NCBI GenBank assembly: GCA_043736155.1
Contig: JAYTDA010000172.1
Location: 1,516-65,515, forward strand
DNA from: Paracoccaceae bacterium
GTDB lineage: Bacteria > Pseudomonadota > Alphaproteobacteria > Rhodobacterales > Rhodobacteraceae
DNA length: 64,000 bases
Reading direction: 5' to 3'
Positions 40,006-46,891 of the stretch are shown here, piece by piece (the first letter of the stretch is position 1; every line of letters starts with the position of its first letter). Both the position numbers and the translations under genes were made by a program. Below the pieces are notes generated by a model. It saw only the letters and a program-made list of their open reading frames with translations, was not told the DNA's origin and made no database searches.

Positions 40006-40971
40006 CTATGGCGCAGCCGTGACCCGGTTCGGCACCGTGCGCCCTTCGGCAAAGGCCAGCAGGTTCTCCACCGCCATCAGCCCCATCGCTTCGCGCACCT
40101 CCAGCGCAGCAGTGCCAAGATGCGGCAGCAGAACCACATTTTCCAGCGCCTGTAACCCCGCAGGCACCAGCGGTTCCTGTTCGTAAACATCAAGCCCGGC
40201 GCCACCGATCTGCCCGCTTTGCAAGGCCGCAATCAGCGCCGCCTCATCCACCACATCGCCGCGCGAAATGTTGACAAAGATCGCATGCGGCTGCATCGCG
40301 CCAAACACCCCGGCCCCGATCAGGTGCCGTGTGGCCGCCCCACCCGGCACCGCCGCCACCAGCACATCGACCTCGGCCGCCAGCGCCGCCACCGATGCCA
40401 GCTGTTCCGCCGGTACCCCGGCATCGGCCACCGGCGAGCGGTTGCAAAACTTCACCGCCATGCCAAAGCCATGGTGACAGCGCCGTGCAACCGCGCGGCC
40501 GATCCGCCCCATGCCAACGATACCGACCACCTTGCCGCTGACATGCAGCCCCAGCATCTGGGTCGGGTGCCAGCCTTGCCAACCGCCGCTGCGCACCAGC
40601 CGTTCGCCTTCACCGGCGCGGCGCGCCGCCATCAGGATCAGCATCATCGCGATATCTGCGGTGGAATCGGTCACCGCACCCGGAGTGTTCGATACCACGA
40701 TGCCCGCCGCTTCTGCCGCCGCCACATCGATATGGTTGTATCCGACGCCGAAATTCCCCAGCATCCGCGCACGCGGCTTCGGCACCGCGCCAAAGGCGGC
40801 AGCATCGTAAATGTCGCGCAACGTTGGCAACACCAGATCAAAGTCGTGCAAAGATGCGGTGATTTCGTCGCGGGTCAGGGGCAGGGTTTCACTGCGCACC
40901 GTCACGTCAAACCGCGCCTGCGCCGCTGTGACCACCTTGGGTGGCAGCGGGCGGGTGATCAATAACCTCAA
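40006..40971 (-). CDS. D-isomer-specific 2-hydroxyacid dehydrogenase (glyoxylate/hydroxypyruvate reductase-like)
   Basis: GKVVGIVGMGRIGRAVARR (NAD fold), ...NISRGDVVDEAAL..., ...PHLGTA... The start is probably the TTG at 40971 or 40962, because the upstream in-frame region overlaps the csaA-like gene. Confidence 0.82.
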   Translation of the reverse strand: MRLLITRPLPPKVVTAAQARFDVTVRSETLPLTRDEITASLHDFDLVLPTLRDIYDAAAFGAVPKPRARMLGNFGVGYNHIDVAAAEAAGIVVSNTPGAVTDSTADIAMMLILMAARRAGEGERLVRSGGWQGWHPTQMLGLHVSGKVVGIVGMGRIGRAVARRCHHGFGMAVKFCNRSPVADAGVPAEQLASVAALAAEVDVLVAAVPGGAATRHLIGAGVFGAMQPHAIFVNISRGDVVDEAALIAALQSGQIGGAGLDVYEQEPLVPAGLQALENVVLLPHLGTAALEVREAMGLMAVENLLAFAEGRTVPNRVTAAP

Positions 40972-41300
40972 AACATCCGCCCCCCCAATGGCACGGCAAA
41001 GTCGGGCACCAGCAGCACCACCTCGCCATCCGCGTCCGGCACCCCCAGTACCAGCACTTCGGACAGAACCTTGCCGATCTGGCGTGGCGGAAAGTTCACC
41101 ACCGCCACGACCTTGCGCCCCACCAGCGTTTCCGGCGTGTAGTGGCGTGTCAGTTGGGCAGAGCTTTTCTTCGGCCCAATCTCCGGCCCGAAATCCAGCC
41201 ACAGCCTGATCGCCGGTTTGCGCGCCTCGGGATAGGGTTCGGCGCGGGTGATGATGCCGACGCGGATATCAAATTTCAGGAAATCGTCGTAGGAAATCAT
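40968..41300 (-). CDS. tRNA-binding OB-fold protein (CsaA/EMAP-like)
   Basis: MISYDDFLKFDIRVGIITRAEPYPEARKPAIRLWLDFGPEIGPKKSSAQLT...VVAVVNFPPRQIGKVLSEVLVLG. ATGA overlap with the proC stop. Confidence 0.8.
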   Translation of the reverse strand: MISYDDFLKFDIRVGIITRAEPYPEARKPAIRLWLDFGPEIGPKKSSAQLTRHYTPETLVGRKVVAVVNFPPRQIGKVLSEVLVLGVPDADGEVVLLVPDFAVPLGGRMF

Positions 41301-42109
41301 TTGCCCAGTTCCCGCCCGCGTGCGGCAGCGGCGGCAACAGCGCGTTTGAGCAACGGCGGAAAGCCGGTTTCCGGGTCCATCAGCACCGCCAAAGCTGCGG
41401 CCGTAGTGCCACCGGGGCTGGTGACATTGATGCGCAGTTGCGCCGCAGCCTCGGGGGCCTGATGCGCCAGTTCCCCGGCGCCACATACGGTGGTCCGTGC
41501 CAGTTGCATCGCCATCTCGGGGGCCAGCCCCTCGGCAACACCCGCTGCCGCCATCGCCTCGATCAGGTGAAACACATAGGCAGGGCCAGAGCCGGACAGG
41601 GCGGTCACCGCATCCATCTGGCCTTCATGCTCCAGCAGCACCACCTGCCCCACGGCCGACATCAGCCCCTCTGCCAGCGCCAGCCCTTCGGCACCTGCCC
41701 GGTCATTCGCCACCAGCGCCGTGATGCCGCGCCCGACCGCAGCGGGGGTGTTGGGCATGGCGCGGACAATCGGGGTTGCTGCGCCAAGCGTCGCGGCAAA
41801 GGTGGCAATGGTGGTGCCTGCGGCGATCGACAGGAACAGCGTCGCGCCATTGCCCAGCGCCACAATCGAGGGCAGCGCCGCGCCCATCATCTGCGGTTTG
41901 ACCGCCAGAACACAAACGGCAGCTGCGGCGGGCACCCCCTGGTTCAGATGGACCCCCTGCGCCTGTAGCCAATCAGACGGATTAGGTTCCAGAACCCAGA
42001 CAGCTTGCTCGGAAATCCCCTGCGCCAACCACCCCGCCAGCAGCGCCGACCCCATCTTGCCACAGCCCAGCAACACCAGCCCGTGGCTGTTTACCTGTTC
42101 CATCACCAT
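41297..42109 (-). CDS. proC: pyrroline-5-carboxylate reductase
   Basis: LVLLGCGKMGSALLAGW...RAMPNTPA...SGSGPAYVF...VTSPGGTT: canonical ProC motifs. Confidence 0.92.
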   Translation of the reverse strand: MVMEQVNSHGLVLLGCGKMGSALLAGWLAQGISEQAVWVLEPNPSDWLQAQGVHLNQGVPAAAAVCVLAVKPQMMGAALPSIVALGNGATLFLSIAAGTTIATFAATLGAATPIVRAMPNTPAAVGRGITALVANDRAGAEGLALAEGLMSAVGQVVLLEHEGQMDAVTALSGSGPAYVFHLIEAMAAAGVAEGLAPEMAMQLARTTVCGAGELAHQAPEAAAQLRINVTSPGGTTAAALAVLMDPETGFPPLLKRAVAAAAARGRELGK

Positions 42110-42133
42110 CCCCGAACACTCGCCGGGACCAGC

Positions 42134-42637
42134 CTAGGCGCGGCCGTAAGCCTCTGCAATGGCGACTTTCAGCGCATCGACTGGGGAGCGGTCGGCCCAG
42201 GCCACCAGTTGAAACGCCGGGTAGAACCGTTCGCAATTGGTGACAGCCAGACCGATCATCCGGTCGATCTGTTCCGGCCCGGCAATCTGGCCACCGGTCA
42301 GCACCAGACCATAGCGATAGACCATCAGCCGCTGTTCGACCCAATAGGTGAAAGCCCCGGCCCAGCATTCGTCATTGGTCAGGTTCAACAGTTCATAAAG
42401 CTGCGCCATCTTCTCGGTCGGCGGCTCCATTTCAAAGGTGCAGATCAACCGCAGCGTCTCGTCATGGGCCGACCAGGCCAGCGTGATCGAATAGGTCCGC
42501 CACTGGCCTTCGACCGACATGGCGATCTGATCATCTGTCACCCGGTCAAAATCCCAGGCGTGATGTTCAGCCAGCGTTTCCACGATGTCGATCGGATGCA
42601 GGTCATCGGTCTGCGGAAAGGTTTCAGAAAGCGACAT
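42134..42637 (-). CDS. YbjN-domain protein
   Basis: MSLSETFPQTDDLHPIDIVETLAEHHAWDFDRVTDDQIAMSVEGQWRTYSITLAW...LRLICTF... matches the YbjN-family pattern. ATG at 42637. Confidence 0.75.
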   Translation of the reverse strand: MSLSETFPQTDDLHPIDIVETLAEHHAWDFDRVTDDQIAMSVEGQWRTYSITLAWSAHDETLRLICTFEMEPPTEKMAQLYELLNLTNDECWAGAFTYWVEQRLMVYRYGLVLTGGQIAGPEQIDRMIGLAVTNCERFYPAFQLVAWADRSPVDALKVAIAEAYGRA

Positions 42638-42918
42638 TGCCCGGCCTCGTTGTTTTAGCCTTTTGTGAGCCAGAACCCACAATCAGCAGGGTGTCCGACA
42701 AGGTGCGGCAGTTGCCCCCTGCCACCCTTACTAGATATGGTATGCCGAAAGCGAAACCCTGCATAGCAGTATTTTTGTGAAATTTCTGTGGACAAGTTAT
42801 GTGTGTAGCGTGACAGCAGATCCTGCATTGTTTGACAGCAGATATGGCAGCAGAACGATTTTTCGCGCTGCAGGTGCGAAGTGGGGCGGGTGGGAAGGGC
42901 TGGGCCGGGGGCTGGGCG

Positions 42919-42992
42919 GGTTGAACCGGGGGTGAAACCGGGGTTCTTGAACCGGGTTTGAACGCCGCTTGAAGGCCGGTTTGAACCCCGTT
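42919..42992. repeat. about seven 11-13-bp TTGAAC/TGAAAC/TTCAAG units
   Basis: GGTTGAACCGGG GGTGAAACCGGGG TTCTTGAACCGGG TTTGAACGCCGC TTGAAGGCCGG TTTGAACCCCG TTTCAAGCC, abutting the stop of the last tail gene. CTTGAATCCCCCTTGAACGCCC occurs at 63969-63990. Confidence 0.75.
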
Positions 42993-43358
42993 TCAAGCCA
43001 GCTTCTTCCCCACATGCACCTCTTCATACCCCGAGTTCGGCACCGTCTCCAGCGCACCGCCGGAAAAGGTCGCGTTGAACTCGCAGTGATAGACCCCGGC
43101 GTCCACGATGCCGCCCGAGGGCCAGACGAACCGCATCCAGCCGTCGACCGGGCTGACGGTGATGGTGCTGCCGTCGTCCAGGGTGACCGGCCCGGACCAG
43201 ACCGCCGCGGCGACCCGCGACAGCACCAAAGGCCCCGCCACCTTTGCCAGCGAAAAGTCCACCGTGGCCCCGGTCAGGTTGACCGGCGCACCGGTGCCAT
43301 CGCGCATCTGGCGCAGCAGCGCAGGCGAGGTATTGCCCTGTTTGATGTAAAACGTCAT
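42993..43358 (-). CDS. phage tail/baseplate-associated protein (BppU-N-like Ig domain?)
   Basis: MTFYIKQGNTSPALLRQMRDGTGAPVNLTGATVDFSL...GVYHCEFNATFSGGALETVPNSGY. The pattern D-G-x-P-V-N-L-T-G-A-T-V...Y..E is typical of the phage BppU N-terminal fold. Last gene of the fibre block. Confidence 0.55.
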   Translation of the reverse strand: MTFYIKQGNTSPALLRQMRDGTGAPVNLTGATVDFSLAKVAGPLVLSRVAAAVWSGPVTLDDGSTITVSPVDGWMRFVWPSGGIVDAGVYHCEFNATFSGGALETVPNSGYEEVHVGKKLA

Positions 43359-43359
43359 G

Positions 43360-44154
43360 TCACGCCCCCAATCCATTCCTGCCGTCCAGTCCGGCCAGAC
43401 GGTTTCTGCCGTCCCACCCGGACAGCGTGGTCCGGCTGATCCGGCCCGCTGTGCTGCGCAACCCTGACCCCGGGATGCCGACACTGCCGGTGCCGCTGCC
43501 GGTCAGGCCGAACAACCCGGCAGAGATGCCCCGCACCGGCACCGCCCCGGTTCCGCCGCCGGCAAGCGCCACAGAGCCTGCGCCCGACCCTGCCACCCGC
43601 ACGCTGCCGCTGCCGCTGCCGGTCAGCGGCAGAGCGCCCGATCCGGTGCCACTGATCCCGTTCGGGGCGGTGCCACTGCCCGCGCCGCCGAGGAGAAGGC
43701 TCCCCGAGCCAGTGCCATTCACGAGCACTGAACCGGTGCCGGAACCGCCGAGCGGCAGGCTGCCCGCGCCAGTTCCGGCAACCGCACCAGTGCCGGTGCC
43801 AGACCCGGTCAGCGCGATGGTGCCGGCAGCCGTGCCTTTGACCGCCACCGCGCCGGTGCCGGTGCCGCCGAGGGGCAAGGCCCCCGCTCCGGCACCCGCG
43901 ACTGCCGCCGCACCGGCTCCTGATCCCGTCAGCGCAACCGTTCCGGCCCCGGTGCCCGCGACAGCCACGGCACCGGTGCCGGTACCACCCAGCCCAACCG
44001 TGCCAGCCCCGACGCCTGCTACCAGAACCGTCCCGGTGCCACCGCCAGCCAGCGCCATTGTGCCAGCGCCGGTGCCGGATAGTCCCGACGCGCCGATGGT
44101 CAGCGGGTTGCTGCCAAAGACCAGCCGGTTGGTACTGACGTAAAGGACGCCCAT
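43360..44154 (-). CDS. glycine-rich fibre protein with about 20 tandem decapeptide repeats
   Basis: G-[TS]-G-[AST]-G-[TSA]-[VL]-x-[LV]-x repeated about 20 times (GTGAGTVALT GSGAGAAAVA GAGAGALPLG ...). Stop/start overlaps with both neighbours. Confidence 0.7.
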   Translation of the reverse strand: MGVLYVSTNRLVFGSNPLTIGASGLSGTGAGTMALAGGGTGTVLVAGVGAGTVGLGGTGTGAVAVAGTGAGTVALTGSGAGAAAVAGAGAGALPLGGTGTGAVAVKGTAAGTIALTGSGTGTGAVAGTGAGSLPLGGSGTGSVLVNGTGSGSLLLGGAGSGTAPNGISGTGSGALPLTGSGSGSVRVAGSGAGSVALAGGGTGAVPVRGISAGLFGLTGSGTGSVGIPGSGLRSTAGRISRTTLSGWDGRNRLAGLDGRNGLGA

Positions 44155-44558
44155 CAGAAGGCCGTCAGGGTGAACCGCCAGACATCCGCCACCTGTTCTC
44201 GGCTCAGAACCGGCTCTGCCGGCAGCCAGGACCGATAGGCGTCAATCAGCGCCATCACCCGTTCGAACCCGAAGCTGTCGGAGGCGCGCAGGCCCTTCAG
44301 GGTGGCGTAGGACACCGGGTCGGCGGCGTGCATCGCGGCCTCCAGCCCGTCCCAGACCGTCTCAAAGCCGGACAGGGCCAACAGAAAGGCAAACTGCGCC
44401 CGGTTCAGGTCCGGGAGCGGATCGGCGTAGCTGTCGATGATCGCCTGCACCGCCTTGTCGTCATCGGCCTCCCATTTGCCGTCGACCTCGGCCAGCCGGT
44501 ATCCGGCTTCGGCGATGGCCGCGTGCAGACCGGATCCCTTTTCGACATAGCGGATCAT
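44154..44558 (-). CDS. phage protein, unknown function (tail-fibre-module associated)
   Basis: MIRYVEKGSGLHAAIAEAGYRLAEVDGKWEADDDKAVQAIIDSY... ATG at 44558. Sits in the fibre gene block. Confidence 0.55.
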   Translation of the reverse strand: MIRYVEKGSGLHAAIAEAGYRLAEVDGKWEADDDKAVQAIIDSYADPLPDLNRAQFAFLLALSGFETVWDGLEAAMHAADPVSYATLKGLRASDSFGFERVMALIDAYRSWLPAEPVLSREQVADVWRFTLTAF

Positions 44559-44568
44559 GGCGGACCTT

Positions 44569-45369
44569 TCAGGTGGAACGAAGCCAGATGGCGGTGGCGA
44601 TGGCGGTGGTTGTGTCGGACACTTCACTGACCAGATAGCCCCAGGTGGCTGGTGCGGCGGTGGCAAAGGCCAGGGTGCGGCGCAAGAGCTTGCGCGGGTT
44701 GACGGTGATGTTGGATGTGGTCAGTTCCGGGGTGGTCGCGGTGCCCCAGGCCGACAGGGTGGCGGTCGACGATGTGCGCATCCCGATCCAGTAGGTCACC
44801 CCCGCCCGGAAGGTCAGCGCCACCGTTGCCTCCTTGATCCCGGTGGTGGCAAAGTCGAGCGTCGCGGTCTCGACGATCAGATTGTTCGGCAAACCGCTGG
44901 CGTCGGCATCGTAGACCACGATCTTGCCCTGTGCCGCCGCAACCAGTGTGGTCACGTTGACCGAAAGGCGGTCAATCGTCAGATCGGCGCGCGGGATGAA
45001 CGGAAAGAGGTCGATCCGGTTGAGCACCCCGGCAATGGTGCCGGTGGCACCGCCCATGCCGGTGGTGATGGTGGCGATGTAGCTGCCCGCTGCGGGGTTC
45101 TGATGCGCAAACGGCGTGCCGAAGATGATCCGGGTGATGCCGTTGATCCGCATCCGGACCTGGCCGGCCGTGGTGTTGTACCAGACCAGGCCGTTGGCCG
45201 GAGACCCGGGGTCAGCGGCCAGGGATGGGATGCTGAACCCGTTCGGAAGCAGGCTGTCGGGTGCCAGCAGATCACCGCCAAACGGCGCAGCGGCTCCGGA
45301 GCGCACCATGATCGCATCATTGGTGGTCCGGGCCCTTGGGGTGAAGCTCTCGAAATCAATGTCGGGCAT
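44569..45369 (-). CDS. phage tail fibre-module protein
   Basis: MPDIDFESFTPRARTTNDAIMVRSG...GLVWYNTTAGQVRMRINGITR... The start codon shares one base with the stop codon of the upstream gene (TGATG at 45367-45371). Confidence 0.6.
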   Translation of the reverse strand: MPDIDFESFTPRARTTNDAIMVRSGAAAPFGGDLLAPDSLLPNGFSIPSLAADPGSPANGLVWYNTTAGQVRMRINGITRIIFGTPFAHQNPAAGSYIATITTGMGGATGTIAGVLNRIDLFPFIPRADLTIDRLSVNVTTLVAAAQGKIVVYDADASGLPNNLIVETATLDFATTGIKEATVALTFRAGVTYWIGMRTSSTATLSAWGTATTPELTTSNITVNPRKLLRRTLAFATAAPATWGYLVSEVSDTTTAIATAIWLRST

Positions 45370-45770
45370 CAGGCACCGCCAGCCGTCAGGGTAAAGGAGG
45401 TGATCGTCACCTGCTGGGCCAATGCGATCACGATATTGTCCAGGGTGATATCGCCGCCGCCGCCGGTGGCGGTGACGGTGCCCTGCCAATGGCAGGTGAC
45501 CCCCTGGTTGATCCGGAAATGCGCCGCCGTACCAGCCGCATCGGCGCTGGTATCCTGCCAGCTGCCGGACAGCGCCTTGGCCCCGGCGGCGGCGGCAGCC
45601 AGCCAGTCAGACGGCAGGACCAGGGTGGCCAGCACGGTGCCGGTGGCGGCAGCAGCACAGTTGGCGGGTGCGGCACCGGTGCGGATTTCCAGCGTCGGGG
45701 CGGTGCCGATCGCGGTTTCCATCGCATCAAGAGCGGCGTTTCGGGCGACGGCAGAGAACTGGAAGGCCAT
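45369..45770 (-). CDS. small phage structural/fibre-associated protein
   Basis: MAFQFSAVARNAALDAMETAIGTAPTLEIRTGAAPAN... is Ala/Gly/Thr-rich. Coupled to the downstream gene. Confidence 0.55.
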   Translation of the reverse strand: MAFQFSAVARNAALDAMETAIGTAPTLEIRTGAAPANCAAAATGTVLATLVLPSDWLAAAAAGAKALSGSWQDTSADAAGTAAHFRINQGVTCHWQGTVTATGGGGDITLDNIVIALAQQVTITSFTLTAGGA

Positions 45771-45791
45771 GGGGATTTGCTCCTTTGATTG

Positions 45792-46889
45792 TCAGAGAGA
45801 GGCGCGCAGTTTCAGGCGCCAGTTGGCAGGGGTGATGGTGGCGGCGGCACCGGTGGTCAGGTTGTTGAGGATGAAGCTGGCGGCGCTCCCGAAGATCACG
45901 CGGAGGTTCGCGGTGTCGTTGGCAGAGACGGTGTAGCCGTTCGATCCGGTGCCGTTCGACAGCGCGATGTAAACGCTGTCGCCGACGCCGTAGCCATGCT
46001 CGGCCGTCAGGCATTCGAGGCTGGCAGAGACGGCGAAAGGCCGGGCACCAAGGCCATGGGCAAGGGTCAGCGACCCGCCCAGCGTGATGGTCTGGTTGGA
46101 CGAGGTGAAACGGCCCACGCTTTGCAGGGTGGCAGGGTAGTTGGCGGAATCGATCGCCTGCACCCAAGGCTGCCAGACGCCGCCGGATTTGCGCCGATAC
46201 CACATCTCGTTGCCGACCGTTCCCCGGATCGCGAGTTGAGCGGCGGTGGTGGTGTTGGCCTGCTGATGAAACAGCAGGTAGTTCGTGGCCGCCGCCGGTG
46301 CGCCGACACAGGCGGTGGTGGCGTTGCGGTAAAAGCCGTCGGCAGCGATGGCGTCGAAATCCTCGGTGGTGATCGCGTTGCCGCCAAGGCCAAAGGCCCC
46401 GGTGAACATCAGCCGGTTGGCGGTGGCATCAGCGGTACTGGTCTGGGCCGGACGCTGAAACGGCAGGCTGATCCAGGCGGTGCCGGTGCAGATCAGCAGC
46501 GAGGCGGCACCGGCGGGGATCGTGATCGTCGCCGCCCCGTCGACCAGCTCGGCCCCGCTCGGATCGATGGTTATGGTGCCAACGCCTGCATTGGCCAGAA
46601 TGACGTTGAAGCCGATGCCGAGCGAGGCAGCGGCACTCAGGCTCAGGGTCCAGCTGCCGCTGGCCGAAATCACGTCGCCGCGGTCGCCGCTGACCACGGT
46701 GTAGGCGGCACTTTTTGTGATGAACTGGGTGAAGGGCACCCCCAGCGCGGCCAGGGCAGCGGCAATCGTGCCGCTGGTGCCGACCAGCCCGGCCAGAAAG
46801 TCGCGCTGTGCTGCGATCGCCGTCTTGATGGCGATATGGGTGTTGGTGACGGCACCGGTCAGTTCACCGGAAGTGGGCAAGGCTACCAT
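45792..46889 (-). CDS. phage tail fibre protein
   Basis: MVALPTSGELTGAVTNTHIAIKTAIAAQRDFLAGLVG... The N-terminus is typical of fibre attachment and the C-terminus is Ser/Thr/Gly/Asn-rich. The ATG at 46889 has GGAG 8 nt upstream. Confidence 0.65.
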   Translation of the reverse strand: MVALPTSGELTGAVTNTHIAIKTAIAAQRDFLAGLVGTSGTIAAALAALGVPFTQFITKSAAYTVVSGDRGDVISASGSWTLSLSAAASLGIGFNVILANAGVGTITIDPSGAELVDGAATITIPAGAASLLICTGTAWISLPFQRPAQTSTADATANRLMFTGAFGLGGNAITTEDFDAIAADGFYRNATTACVGAPAAATNYLLFHQQANTTTAAQLAIRGTVGNEMWYRRKSGGVWQPWVQAIDSANYPATLQSVGRFTSSNQTITLGGSLTLAHGLGARPFAVSASLECLTAEHGYGVGDSVYIALSNGTGSNGYTVSANDTANLRVIFGSAASFILNNLTTGAAATITPANWRLKLRASL

Positions 46890-46891
46890 GA

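Noticed and set aside
42638-42992. tRNA or integrase marking a site-specific integration site for the prophage
   Set aside because: No tRNA-like cloverleaf and no tyrosine or serine recombinase gene was found at either side. The element carries a DDE transposase, which is consistent with random transposition.
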